Shown in pieces: positions 25,501-38,505 of a stretch of DNA of 64,000 nucleotides. The stretch is from Klebsormidium nitens. Taxonomy: Eukaryota > Plantae > Klebsormidiophyceae. Both the position numbers and the translations under genes were made by a program. Below the pieces are notes generated by a model. It was given only the letters and a program-made list of their open reading frames with translations. It was not told the DNA's origin and searched no databases. Within the stretch, counting starts at the first letter, position 1. Every line of letters starts with the position of its first letter. The stretch covers positions 11,718 to 75,717 of the forward strand of contig DF237405.1 in assembly GCA_000708835.1 (NCBI GenBank). Direction: 5' to 3'.

Positions 25501-27679
25501 TAGAAACTTGCTCCTTGACTGATTGAGTGCAGCAGACGTAGATATATTCCTGCTCTTTCCTCGACTGGCCGCTGAAGTGTCCAGTGTGCCGCCCTGCCAG
25601 GCTGCCATCAAGCGGTTGAAGGAGGAGTGCGAGCACCAGCTGCAGCTGGAGCGCAGCCGCTACGAAGAGCTGGCGCGCCAGAAGAAGGGTGAGCACCAAC
25701 GGGGCCTGGGATGGAGTCAAAAGGGTTTCTCCACAGCCGTGGCACTAGCTCGTCGACTGGGTTGTGTTCGTAGTAGAGAAGGGTGCTTGATGAAGGTGTT
25801 GAAGCATACTTTTCTGCCGAGAATCCAAGCTGTCGAGGGCAACAAGTACGCTGATCATCTCCCTCAAAAGTTCCAACGAAAAAGTCTTGAGGAACTTCCA
25901 GTTACACGAAGGTACAGCATGGTCCGCTTTCGATCAAGAGCCGGTGCTTTCGGGAACTCCTTTGCCCCTGCGTTCGGACGTCGAGCAGCACAAATCCACA
26001 GAGCCGGCCCATGCCCAACACTGCATCTCCTGAGCCCCCAGAGCCGCCAGAAGTGCAGAGACTTGAAAGGCGGCCACCGCTCGGTCCTGAGACACCAACT
26101 TAAGGCTTGATTGTTTTGCTCCAGGACTAGAAGAGCGCCTGTCGGCGACGGAGGCTGCCCGCGCCCGCCTGGAGCGCGAGTTTGCGGAGCATCGCGCGGC
26201 GCAGCGGGGCACTCCGGAGGCGGAGCTGGCGGCGCAGGTGGTGGCGCTGCAGCAGAAGAACCTGGACCTGCAGCGCAGCGCCGAGAAGGCGACCGCCGCC
26301 AAGAAGCAGTACAAGGCGCAGGTGCTGCGCATGGCGCGCGAGCTGGCGGCCATGCACCGGCAGCAAGCCGCGGGTGAGACGGCGCACCGGCGACCACGGC
26401 GGCTCAGCGTCACGAGTATGCAATAGGCAGCGGGAGTATGTGAGAAAGCGGGAGGACAGCGGCTGCGGATTGGTTGAATCATTTGCCAAGCAATCGTCAA
26501 AACGTCGTCACTTTAGATCCGACTTCTGTGTCGACGATTATGTTTGCACCTGAACGTCATCTCGTGCGTGCTTTGGCTGGCCAACCACGGGGTGCTTTCC
26601 GACGCTCATTCTTCGCTGGACCCACCTCTTGCGGATTGGCCTAGGATAAGTGACGTGTCTCGCGCTCTTCCTCGTGGCTCCTGGTGACTGACCAGCGTCG
26701 CTTACCTGCAGACGAGGCCGCTCGGCTGGCCAAGGAGCGGAGACGGTTGGAAGCACGGGCGCTGGCAAGCACCGCCAAAGAGGAGGCCGACAGAGCGAGG
26801 TAGGCAGTCTCTGCCCTCGCCGCCCATGCACAGCGAGTCCACACATAGGAGTCGACGTTTCAATTAGCAAAGGCGGCGGCGCTATTGAAGTCTTGCAGCT
26901 CTCTGGCAGTGCGTCACGGCTTCACTGCCGATGGAATTCGACCTCTACTCGACTTCTCGTTTCTTGATTACGGGTCGTTGTTATGCTGTGTACAAGTACG
27001 GCCGATGACTTGCCCGGACAGGATGTGCTGTGTTGGACCCCACGTTCCCCCTCCGTGCAGGGACGAGCGATTGGAGCTGGTAGCGATCAAGGAGCAGCTG
27101 GCGCGCCTCCAGGACCAGGAGCAGGCGTCGGCCGCAGCCACGGCGGCCGCGCTGCGGGCCCTGGCTCTCGACCGAGTGGTCAGCGGCGACGAGGCGGAGC
27201 GCGCAGCAGGGAGCCAGCGCCGCAAGAAGCAACCGGCTGCGGCAGGGGCCCCAGGCACCGCGAGGAGGAGAAAGCAGCCCCCTCGAACCCGAAAGGAAGG
27301 GCAAGTGGACGCTTTGGAAGCCGCTGAAGCGAAGCTGCGGAGAGGCTCGGTGAGGCGGGAGGAGCAAGCGAACGAAATGAGCGGGAGCGACAGTGGGATG
27401 CGGGAAAAGGGGATCGACTGGCCAGCGCTTCAACCCGTGGATGATCCCCCAGACGAGGCACGTTGCAAAGACGAAGTAGATGCCCCAGCTTTTGTCGGCA
27501 CCATGTCTCAGGAAGAACTTCGAGTAAAGTCGCTTAGAATACCGGACCAAGACGTTATCCGGTTGCTTCGGGAGCGGGCAGCACTTCTACGAACTGGAGT
27601 TTATCAAAGGGGCGACAAAGTGATAATCGCGCTTGAAAAGGAAATTGAGAAACGAAGTGGTGAGAAGCATGAAGTCTGA
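22599..27679 (+). CDS. CEP120: Centrosomal protein CEP120 homolog (single C2 domain plus coiled coil)
   Basis: C2-like YLFRISVDVRNF..LRTHPPQEVARQTEV..LVAEVYHRDRY..LLG. EYEAAWALEMWK..E..ALEEEWKKREKER and a coiled coil follow, then a C-terminal RLLRERAALLRTGVYQRGDKVI, all CEP120 hallmarks. About 9 exons. Confidence 0.88.
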
Positions 27680-28468
27680 GCGAATTCTTTCCCTGAGTTT
27701 CTCCCTACATTACTGGTCTACACTGGAGCTCTCGTGCTTTCTTTAAGTTGCGCAATCCTGCATATCGTCATTTGTCCGCGCATTTGTGTCAGTCGCTTGG
27801 GACCAAATCGTTGTGAGCAGGCATATTTGATAACTAGGATCTGGTGCACTTTTCTATGTATGTAAAGGAGATTCGATTCTTAAGCTTTGTATCCCTTGCA
27901 AGATAGAGGCCCGGCCATGTGCTGCACCAAGCACTTGCAGGTATGCAGTCATATCCAGAAACCAGACATACCCCTTCCGTATCGCATGAAGGCATATGGA
28001 GCACGGCTCAGTAGTATTGCATCATTCATGATGTAGCTATTTAGCGGGCTTTGGCGGCCCACATCATTGAAAGCTAAAAGTGGATTAGCATGCTGATAGT
28101 TTAAGATATCGAGGATAAGGTATACAATTGCATAGCATTATGCAGCTCTAATCAAAAAAGTAAGGCAAAATGAGCGCACCTCTTCATATATATCTAATCA
28201 AATCGATCGCAATGCACTTGAGGGATTCAGAATGGCCTAACGTGCGGCAGCGAGCTCAGTCCGACTGGACTTTTGTATGAAGACGGTCTTCATACAGGCT
28301 CCGGCGACAGATGCGAAACTAGTACGGGTATTGTCTTCCAACACACTCACATACGTAACTCCTAGCAACTTCTGCAATGCTTCCCTTCTTTCTTCCGACT
28401 TGCTGTTACTTGCACACACTGCTACAATACCATCTTCTGCAGCAACTTCGCAAACAATATTTTTCAGC

Positions 28469-29939
28469 CTACTTGCCTGCATGACTCTTCTTTTTTTTCT
28501 TGGACTTGGACTTGTGGTGATCAGATCTATGCTCGTTGCCTTCTGCAGAATGAAAGGAAGGAATTGCATGAAGTCTATGCACAGACAATTGAAAAATAAT
28601 CTTTCTCATGCACAAAGAGCACACTGCCGATTATCAGCACATGGGAGAATTTAAAGCAATAGGATGCTTATACTTCTGAGGTATGCTCTGGTAGTATGCA
28701 CGCACAGAGATGTCCCACATTCAGAACTGCCACCATCGTTGAGGTTCCAATTGCCTGTTGACATCCATAGATGTTGCTGACACGAGAACTATATAAGTTG
28801 ATGCGGTTGCTTATAAGTTGATGCACTCTTGCAACCTTACCTTGACCATTGCTCCCCTTCGTTTCTTTTGGTGAGATTGCAACTGACGGCACTGGTTCAG
28901 ATGATGAAGACGGTGCAGACTCCGTTGTAGCCGCCAGCACGGGGCGTGCTCTGGTATCCAGGGCGCGGGACTGTTCTTGCTTCCCAGATGCAGGAAGCTG
29001 TACATGTACAGCTTGATCCTCTCCACTGCTTGTTCTCGCTGCAGCTGCATGAGAATTTTCCGCTTCATGCCCTGCCACTGCAGAAGGCTCCTTTGGCGTC
29101 TCCAGTGCCTTGGGTGCATCGAGGGACTGTTTCTTCGAGGGCTGCGCGACCACTTTGCCAGGTGCTTCTGTCCCCTTAGCAACAGCAGAACCATCAACTG
29201 GCTTCTCCGCAGGCTTCTTGGCTGGTGCAACTTCCAACTTCTTTGCAATGTGATCTGCTGACTTCTTCGGAGAGCTTACAGGAAGCTTCTTGGGAGACAC
29301 TACTGCGGGTTTTTTTGGGGGATCTGCGCTCACAGATATTGTGAGAGGTTGGCTCTTAGGCTTGCCCAAGGCTGGGTTTGCCGCCTTTGTTGCTGATGGT
29401 TTGGAGCTAGGAACATCTACATCTTGTGCCGTCAAGTTCCCTGACTGTTTAGCCTGCATGCTCTCCTCACCATTGCCCTGGGTTGAAAGGTTGGCTTGGG
29501 TTGGTGAAAACAGCGACCTTTTCTGATGATCAATGTCACTTTGAAAACCCGTTCCTGAGCATCTTCCCTGGTCTGGAAGAGCATCCTGATCGGATGACTC
29601 ATGCTTCTCTTCACTTTTCTTAGCCACTTCCGCACTCCGATCTTCCTCTACATGCTTGCATGCAGGATCAGATGCCTTGTCTGAAGGCAATTGAGCTCCT
29701 GATGCTGGTGTCACAACGTGCTTCTCAGTGGTGGTGCAATCAACCGGTTCCCCCTTCCCAATGCTAACCTCACTGCTTTGCCCTGGATCCACCTTCCACT
29801 GGTTATACCTTACATACAGGACATAGAGCAGGACTGGTGGGACGTAGACAGGCGAGAAGATCAATAAAGCTGGCCAAAAGATGCAGATCAGGACTCCAGC
29901 CAAAAGCCAGTGTTCTTGCATAAGTTTGACAACCTCCAT
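28469..29939 (-). CDS. Orphan protein with an N-terminal hydrophobic hairpin containing an oleosin-type proline knot, a long Lys/Pro/Ser-rich disordered region and a polybasic C-terminus
   Basis: Large exon from ATG 29939 to donor CAAG/GTAAGG near 28843. The last exon after the ctgcag acceptor near 28545 gives EGNEHRSDHHKSKSKKKKKSHAGK*. PALLIFSPVYVP fits PX5SPX3P. Confidence 0.7.
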
Positions 29940-30565
29940 CTGCACATGGCGAATCGTGAAACGTAAGCATTGGGCCTCCGTTTCTAAAGATCTTGGTGGT
30001 GTCTCAAAAGGTCTGATGCACTAAAGTCCTTTTTACATTGCCAATTTGCGAGCCAGTCTTGATTGCATCTCTCAAGAATGGATCGCGCAAGCAAGCCTCG
30101 GCAATTCACTGTTGCAAGAATGAAACATCAGAGGACCCTCACATGAAAAAGGTGGTGGGACAGGGAGGGTACATGAAAATGTCGTACAGATTGCATGCAA
30201 AGCTGCCTTCGCATGTTTAAAGGAAAGACGCCTTGGACCTCGAACAGCACGAAGGCTCACCTTTGGGCAACACACAATGGCCGCTCCTTCCAACAAGCTC
30301 TTCTGCATAGGATTTACCTAGGGAGATATTCTGGCGTTTGCACCCTCTTGTCATTGACAAAATTCGCGTCATGAAATGCAGCTCTGTGCGACATGGTGAC
30401 TCAGCATGTTGGCTGGTTGCCCGGACTGGCGCCAAACTCAAATGCATCTCCTGCATTGTCCGATCGGACGACTGGGAATCATTATCAAAGAAACACGTCA
30501 GCACATCGAAGGGCCTCGGCAGAATTTTGCAAAGGGATAAACTTTAATAGTAATAAGGAACTTAA

Positions 30566-30685
30566 GGTACACGAGTACGGGTGGGGTTAGTTTGGTGGTT
30601 AGGGTGGGTTCGGGTGCGGAGCAGGTCATTTTGTCCTTAGGGTTTTAGTGTTGGTTAAGCCGAGACATTGAGTACTTTCAGTACC
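30566..30685. mobile_element. Short non-autonomous DNA element (MITE-like), copy A of a family with a telomere-like core
   Basis: Termini GGTAC...GTACC flanked by TTAA and TAAG. The core aligns in reverse complement with 58841-58917 (about 66/77 by hand, including a 26-nt exact block gctccgcacccgaacccaccctaacc). Confidence 0.6.
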
Positions 30686-30854
30686 TAAGATCCTTGTACT
30701 ACCTACTAAAGTTTATGGTTATGAATTTTGCCCTGCGCATTGATCGCCGCTGCTGCGCAGTGCATTGCCAGGGAAGAGCTTTTAGGGTTTGCTTCAATAC
30801 GGTAGATCCACTTTGGTGCGGCACCAAAGCAAAGGTCCAAGGAGGGAAGGGGCC

Positions 30855-33800
30855 ATGGATGCTATGGGGGGCGAGGAGCGGCAGGTGCAAGTACGTTTTG
30901 TCACAAAACTTCCCGAAGAGTATAGGGTTACCAACGCATCCTTTGCTGTTCCTGCAAGATTGACCCGTTATGGACTCTCGGAGGTCATCAATAGCCTGCT
31001 AAGCACAGGTAAGCCGTCATGAAGTCCGCTTTCAATAAGGCAGAAAATCCTGCTGCAGAAACGTTGCCTGCGATGGTGTGAGGTTGAGGTCTGCCAGCAT
31101 GTTGTTCCTGGTGGCCACCACAAGCCCCCGAGCAACACCACTAATATAGTACTTGCTTGCTACTGTTTCTCAAAACAACTTCGGCCAACTCCCTGTACAG
31201 AAAAGCTGAGGCCGTTTGACTTCCTCGTTGGCGGGGAGCTGCTCAGGACCTCTCTGGAGAGCTTGCTTGTCTCCAAGAAACTTTCAGCGGTGAGTTATTG
31301 TCTTTGGTTACCGAGATGCCTAAGCCTTGACATGATGGAGAACCCGCTGCAAAACGCACATTGCTGACCACATTGCCATTCTCTGAAGAGCGATCTAAGA
31401 ATGCAACACTGATCTGGCTGCAGGAAACCACTCTAACGATCGAGTACATTCCTGCGGTTGGACTGCCCAAGCCAGTCTCAAGCCATGTCCACGACGATTG
31501 GGTCAGCGCAATCAATGGAACTTCCCCTGAGTGAGTGGGCCCTGTGGTGCACCACCGCAGCATCGGGCGCTCTTGGCATAATGTTCACCTTAAGGTCCCT
31601 TTTGAAAGATGGTAATGGTGGGGTGCAATGTTCAATTACGCTTCTTGCGGTGATTGGGTTTCTCGGTCTGTGAAGGCAGCTGAGTGGTGGTGTGCATAAA
31701 GGGGTGGTAGCGGCTTCAATCTATGGTAGATCAGAAAAGTCCTTGGTGCGCTTTGGCCTCTGAACAACTGTGTCTGACCTTGTGACTTTGGTCTGCGCAG
31801 TGTGCTCGTAAGTGGCTGTTACGATGGTGTTGCAAGGTAAGGCACTTACAAGTCTCAGATGCCAACACATATAGAGAGAGTTGTTATGCCCTATCGTTAA
31901 TTGGATGTCTTTATATTTGTCCCAGTTTGATCATGGTGCTTATGTACTTTGTTTTTCTTTTCATTGGACCATGAGACTAAATCATCTACGCATCCTGCCA
32001 GGTTATGGAGTTCGTCAGGGGAGGCTCTTACCTCATTACAGGGGCATTCCGATGCAATCACCTCCACCGCGGTCATACCACGGGCATCGGGCTCATGTGA
32101 TGTCATAACAGCATCAAAGGACAGGACACTTCGAGTGTGGCAGGTGCGTAGTACGGTATTGTGATTCTCACTCACCACTTTCCGATATTCATCATCTGGG
32201 TGAGCAGAATTTCAGTGCCTTGTCAAGAAAGTAAACGGAGGGGCAGGACAATGATGTGCACCGATCGCACAAAAAATGGCCTCAGGTTGTTGCAGTACTC
32301 CATGGCTGCAAAAGCTACACAGAACTTGAGGCCGGAAAATGTGTCACGGTTGTTTCTTCAAAGCTCACTCTCTAAGAGACAGTTTATGCTGTGCCAATGC
32401 TTGCTGCTACCACAGATCTGTCTGTCAAGCTTGCCAATTGAAGAGGATGCTGAGGGTGACCTCAACAAATTGAACAGCCAGTCCACGGTGGTCGACTCAT
32501 CTACTTGTCACGTGTCCTTTATAGGTAAAAGGAACTGATTCACAACCCTCGGGTGACCTTCATCAAGTGCTACGAGGTCATAGTGCAGCAATCCAGTCTG
32601 TGGTCGCCAGTCCGTCAGGGAATGAGGTAAGTCCACTTCAAAGCAACCGGTTGTTCTATTCTTTAGCAATTGTCAACCGTAAGCATGGCTTCCTCGTTGC
32701 TGCCATGCTTTGAAAGCGTTCCCGACGTTGAGCCCCATATCCAGCCCCCTGTTCGTCAGGGTACCCAAAACTCTTCTAGAGGTCCGTTCATCAGGTTACC
32801 AAAGTTCTTTGTCATCTGGAACGCAATGGCACTGTCAATGTTTCTCAATGATAGTTTGGCCTTGTGGCTTCGACCCTTAGGGTAGCATCCAGTCAGGGCA
32901 TACTGAATTGACCCCTTACTGGTGGTTCTGGCTGGATGTCGAGCCCTTGCGAATTCATGCGTGACAGTCTTGGCCTCATCTAATATGGTGAACCCACTTC
33001 TTGCAGGTGGCTTCGGGGTCCTGGGACACGACCATCAAGGTGTGGTCTGTTAGTAGAGACGCTGAAGATGGGGGCAGTGCGCCCAAGAGACAAAGAGTCG
33101 AGGACAGTGGGGCAGCCCCTGCCGGGGAGCAGGAGGCCAGAGAGGCGCGGGTCACGCTGGAGGGTCACTCGCAGTGCGTTTCAGCGGTGGACTGGTCTCG
33201 AGCTGACACAATCCACTCCGCGTCGTGGGACCATTCCGTTAGAACCTGGGACGTGCAAGCGGCAGTCAACACAAGCACCATTGTGAGCCCTCTGACCAGG
33301 CCTGGATGCGGTGTTGCTGGTGGTTGCAGCTTGCGTTCTAGAGATCGAGTGGGCCGAAAAATCACACCTTGCTGGAGCCTTGCTGGAGCTAACCGGCCCA
33401 TCAGAAGAATCCTCACTTCAGGAAAAATATCTTGGTTCGTTCCCATCTATAATTGATGGGATCATTGCCAGGACTTTAGTCAGCAGATAGAGAAGTGATA
33501 CAGGCATCTAAGAACTGGTGAAGCTACCATGCTGATTCGTTTTCTGTGTTGGATTGTAGGGAGCTGTCGGAGCTAACACGCTTGATTCACTTTGCAGACT
33601 GGTAGCAAAGTCATCCTGGCCCTAAGCGTGGGAGGTGAAGGCGGGGCTTTGCTGGCAACAGGGGGAGCAGACCCAGCCATTCGAATCTGGGATTCACGAG
33701 ATTCAAGTGAGCACTGGACTCGCTTTCTTTGCACATTGGTATCGAACATCAGCAGCGGTTCTCACAGCAAACCGACTGTCCTGACATGTACTACTCCTGT

Positions 33801-34491
33801 CCACCTGAGCCTTGACATTCCGTGCATTCATCCCTGGCAGGTTCTACTGGTTCTGCGATCCAGTTGCTATCGCACAAAGGCTGGATAACGGCGGTGAAAT
33901 GGTGAGCTAGCCTTCTTTCGATGCTTGTCACCGCTCGTGTCTACACAGTCTGCTTATCCTCGGGTATCTGCTGTCTCTTTTTGAACAGCACGTAAGACTG
34001 GGAAGGATGCTCTTGTACAATTTCTGTGCTGATTGCAGACTCATTATTGAATGTTCATGACTTTCAGGACGTCTTGGCTTCTCACTTTCTGAATTGTTTG
34101 GAAGCATTGGAAGCACGTGGCAGAGTTCCAATTCCCATGCTGCACGCAGGCACAAGACCAGAACACACCAGTTGCTCTCCACTTCGCATGATGGCACCGT
34201 CAAGATGTGGGACGTTCGGAGTAAAGTACCTCTGCATACTGTACAGGCGCACACTGTTAAGGTGAGGGTTTCTTATCATGGTCTACGTTTTCTCCCACAC
34301 TGATTGAAGTCGAAGATGAAGTTTCACGCTTTGGTCGACAGTGTCCTAAGACTCTGACAACGTCTCTGCATCGAAGTAAACCTTCTCTGCCTCTATTGCA
34401 GGCTCTGTGTGTGGACTGGTTTCAAGAGGCGACAATCGTCAGTGGTGGGGCTGACAATCAGCTCCGTTTTCACGCTCTGGACAACCCATAA
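30855..34491 (+). CDS. WDR12: Ribosome biogenesis protein WDR12/Ytm1 (NLE/UBL domain plus WD40)
   Basis: VQVRFVTKL..FAVPARLTRYGLSEVINSLL / RPFDFLVGGELLRTSLE / EYIPAV..HDDWVSAI / GHSDAI..ASKDRTLRVW / ASGSWDTTIKVW / SASWDHSVRTWD / STSHDGTVKMWDVRS / VSGGADNQL. Confidence 0.94.
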
Positions 34492-35655
34492 TTCTGATTT
34501 TGTTCAATGTGAAGGAACCCAAATCTGTATAGACGGTAAGAGGTCGCGAGCATTCTTTTGCGGCGTCAACAAGACGGCCAAACAACTTTTCTGAAAGGTC
34601 GGATGCTTGGATGCGAGCTCGAGAATCATGGTCATTTCACCTAGGGCCTGATTTGATTTGGTCGAGCACATGGCATCCGGACTTTCTTGGTGTAAAGTGA
34701 GCCGGCTGGCTTGCTAGCGTCCAATGGATTGAAAATTTATCTCGGCCAAAATAGAAGTGATCTGGTCTTTGAAAGCTGCACACAAACAGTTCTCATAATA
34801 GACTATGGTCCCTGCATAAAGGTGGATGGCAAGGGCTGTCCGGAGCCAAATACGAAAACACACTTACAACTTCCCTGCATGTGTGAGTAAACCGGATTTC
34901 GGTGTTTCATGCTTATAAATCTGACCAGGGGCTTAACTACCATGGCTGGTACCAAAGCTTGTGGTCGAATGACTACTTTGCTCAGTGGCAAACGCTTTAC
35001 TCCTTTTACCAACCGGCCTCGCATGAGGCACATCTGCCGGGCATCTGCCGAACGACGGCCTTGCAAAATGATGGATTTGAGAGTAATGAAAGCCGTACAC
35101 ATGCATGTACGCGTGAGTGTGTTAATTATGGAACTTGCGGATATGCTTTTAGACATGTTGAAGTTCTCTTTTACACGCCGTAGCCACCTGCGCCATAGGC
35201 TTCTCATGGCATGTACGTAAATGAATGTCAGTGTGTGTGTGTATCGACCTGAGGGATATGGGGAGTTGTTCACGGAGACAGCTTGCAGGTTGGTTTGTGC
35301 GTTTCGATCACTAGCAGAGTGGGTACATCCTCTTCGTCACCATGGGCATTATGTATAGGTACGGTGGAATCATTGCATATCGTACTTCGTCTACCTAATG
35401 AGTTGTTGATTTAGAAATCCGATCTATCTTCTCATGCATGACATGGCATGAGGGCAAGCGTCGTGCCCGGCACTGTACGCGCGCTCAACGCGAGCGAATA
35501 CCTGTGGCGGCCGCGCAGGCACCGGAACGATCGACGCCTGGCCGGGCCCGGTTGCTCGCCAAATCGTCCCAGTTTCACCCCGTTGAAGCTGAACCATCGG
35601 GTTTTACAGGGCCTCGAGCATCCTGGGAAGTTGGGAAGGAGACGAGGACGCATTT

Positions 35656-35665
35656 GTCCTCTTTC
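35656..35665 (+). promoter_or_regulatory. Pyrimidine-rich GTCCTCTTTC element upstream of the RPS4 ATG (TCT/5'TOP-like)
   Basis: Identical to the 10-mer upstream of RPL4, and lies 67 nt before the ATG. Confidence 0.4.
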
Positions 35666-35731
35666 GCGTGCGGCTGATCAAGCAGCAGGGCGGCCCTGTA
35701 GCGTCTTGACCCCTCTAGGAGGGCTGCCAAG

Positions 35732-38505
35732 ATGGTGAGTAGCACCTGCCTTGTCTACGGCTGGTTCCTTTGATGTTGCGAATAATCCTCTAGTGCCTCG
35801 TCTGACGTTTCACTCTGAAAAGACTACGGTGCTGCCATCGCATATCTTGGGTCCAAAGGAGAAAGGGGCACGTCTTTTTCTGGCGCTGGAGCTTACAGGC
35901 CTGGATGAGATTGAGATTGTTGCAGCTGGCTGCGCCTCTCAAGTCTGCATCTGTATGCGCATCGCACAAGTTTTTCAGCTTCGGTAATGGTGAAGTCATA
36001 AAGCAACACCTGACATAGTAGCTGTCAATCAATCTCATGCCCTTGAATTCTCTGTTTTGCAGGCTCGTGGTGTGAAGAAGCATCTGAAGAGGCTCAATGC
36101 CCCGAGCCATTGGATGCTTGACAAGCTTGGCGGAGTGTTTGTGAGCATCTTTGCCTTTTTCTCTCACCGGAAGGGCAGCAGTAGGACGTGAGGGCAAAGA
36201 AGCTTTGTCACACGGCACTTGTTGCTTAGGCTTTCGAATGTTTTTATATCACATGGTAATGGTGTGGTCGACAGAATCTGCAGCTGCACTGTACTGTCTG
36301 CGCGGGTCAATGATTTCAAAATTAGATGTCCAAATTAGATTCTTTAGCAGCGCCCGGTATTTTTGATGCATTTGGCGCCAGCATCAGTTGTACAGATGGT
36401 TGGGCAACAGGTGTTTGCAAGAACGATGAATAGCCTGTTCCGCTGGGAAGAGGTTCCTTGGTCTTTACCAGCAACACATGGCAGAGGGGCCAGGACAGAT
36501 TGCTTGCTCAACCTTGGAGATTGAAATGGAACGCAAAGAGGTTGGAGAGGGTTGGCTCGCGTCAGACCGCTGCTGTCTCAGCGACGTTCAAGCGGGGTTA
36601 AAGGGGACAGGCAGAGTTCTAGTCGACATAGCATTTCTTAGAGGACCTTGGGGATACTTCATGGTGGAGAATTGGGGAACAGGGGGACATCGCATGGAGC
36701 CCTGCCCAAAGCTTTATCAACAAACGTCGCGACGGCACTTTCAGAAGGGGCGAGGAGAGTGTTCGTTCAGGACTGTGCTAAGAAGTGGGAAAACCTACGA
36801 TCTTTTGTAGAGCTGATGTTGGTGTCTTTGCACACCTTTTCAGGCCCCCAAGCCGTCCCCTGGTCCCCACAAGGAGCGCGAGTGCCTCCCTCTCATCCTC
36901 ATCCTGAGGAACAGGCTCAAGTATGCCCTTACTGGCCGTGAGGTGACGGCAATCCTCATGCAGAGGCTGGTGGAGGTGGACGGCAAGGTCCGCACTGACA
37001 AGACCTACCCGGCAGGCTTCATGGGTAAGCAGCCAGGGCCATGCGCCGGCGCCGCCCTTTGGAGTGTGCTGTCAGTCGGTCCCAGCTTCCTTTCCATTCC
37101 TTGCCTTCATGTTCTAACTGTAGGACAAGCCCTCAGGACCAGTGCTTGATCAAGTCAAGATAGTTGTCATGGTCTGAGCGCATCTCGGCAGGCGGGACAC
37201 AGCAAAAAAGTATCTTTGCAAGGTGCGGAGCCCTTGTGGCAGAGATTGTCCCTTGTGGACATCAGGAGGAAAGGGACCATCTCTGCCGTAGTAGTGTCAG
37301 CAAGGTCCCGGAAAAAGTTTATCACCACCAAAAGGCGCACCGAAGATGTTTAGAGCCAAGTATGCCCAAGGCACTTACAGCGGCTGTAATGTCATTGGGG
37401 CATCAGTCAACATCTCGCACTGAGGTTGCTATCTGCTCATTCACAGATATCATCCACATTGCCAAGACCGACGAGCACTTCCGTCTTCTGTACGACTCCA
37501 AGGGGCGCTTTGTGACCCACAGGGTCACTGCTGAGGAGGGAAAGGTGAGGCCAACGCACAGCATCAAGTTTCTCAATCATGGCACAAAGACGGGAGGCTC
37601 GCATGCACCTGGCTGGCATTAGAGGCGCTGGAGCTGTTGGCAGCTCTTGGGCCGTTGATCAATGGATAACTTGTCAGCCGTGAGCGCTGTACTGACATAT
37701 CCTGCTTGGGTGGTTGTGTGCAGTACAAGCTGGCCAAGGTGCGCGCCCAGAAGGTTGGCGACCGCGGCATCCCGTACATCTCCACCTCCGACGGGCGCAC
37801 CATCCGGTACCCGGACCCGTTGATCAAGGTCAACGACACGGTCAAGATCGATATTGAGACCGGCAAAGTGATTGACTTCATCAAGTTCGATGTGGGCAAC
37901 ATCGTCATGGTCACGGGAGGGCGTAACAGAGGGCGAGTGGGGATCCTGCAGGTGAGGCGGGCAAACAGAACGTGGGCATCATGCATCCGGCAGCCTTTAA
38001 GAGGATCGCACTGGCGTCCGTAACCAAGTCATAATTCTGTGCATCGGTTTTTCCTGCATGTTTGTCTTGTCTCTGAAGTGCCGGCTCGCTAGCTTTGCAA
38101 TGCCGATGGGGTTGCATGGGATCACAGAGATTGGTTTTCGTGTTCTGCAGAAACACATCCTTGTATTTGGACTTCCATCCCCTGAACATTCCGCCGAGGA
38201 ATCTCGATTGGTTCAATCTGCCGTTTCTTGGGTTTCTCCCTGGAGCGTCTTGTTTCTTGAGGCAAGTAGGTGACGTCTGTTTGTTCCTGCGTGTGCAGCA
38301 CCGTGAGAAGCACAAGGGGAGCTTCGACATTGTGCACATCAAGGATGCGGCGGGCCACCAGTTCGCCACGCGGCTGACCAACATCCAGCTCATCGGTTCG
38401 GGCACCAAGCCGTGGGTCAGCCTGCCCAAGGGCAAGGGTATCAAGCTCTCCATCGTCGAGGAGGCCAGGAAGGCACGGGCGGGCGCGGCTAAGGTGGCGG
38501 CATAA
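35732..38505 (+). CDS. RPS4: 40S ribosomal protein S4 (eS4)
   Basis: ATG-only first coding exon, then [24 protein letters not shown] / [40 protein letters not shown] / [11 protein letters not shown] / [17 protein letters not shown] / [28 protein letters not shown]. Confidence 0.98.

Noticed and set aside
30580-30650. Interstitial telomere or chromosome-fusion scar
   Set aside because: The repeats are degenerate and non-tandem, and the same core recurs inside a TIR-bounded element at 58.8 kb, so it is better explained as a MITE.
32410-32523. Open segment after ccacag as an extra WDR12 exon
   Set aside because: It runs into a stop. The acceptor at 32523 gives an in-frame VKGTDSQPSGDLHQVLRGH that fits the WD repeat.
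34902-35183. Aromatic-rich 93-aa ORF between WDR12 and RPS4
   Set aside because: Non-ATG start, no splice context and no recognisable motif, so probably chance.
18838-38505. Intronic box C/D snoRNAs in RPL4 and RPS4
   Set aside because: No sense-strand RUGAUGA...CUGA pair with a terminal stem was found by eye. A covariance-model search would be needed to exclude them.
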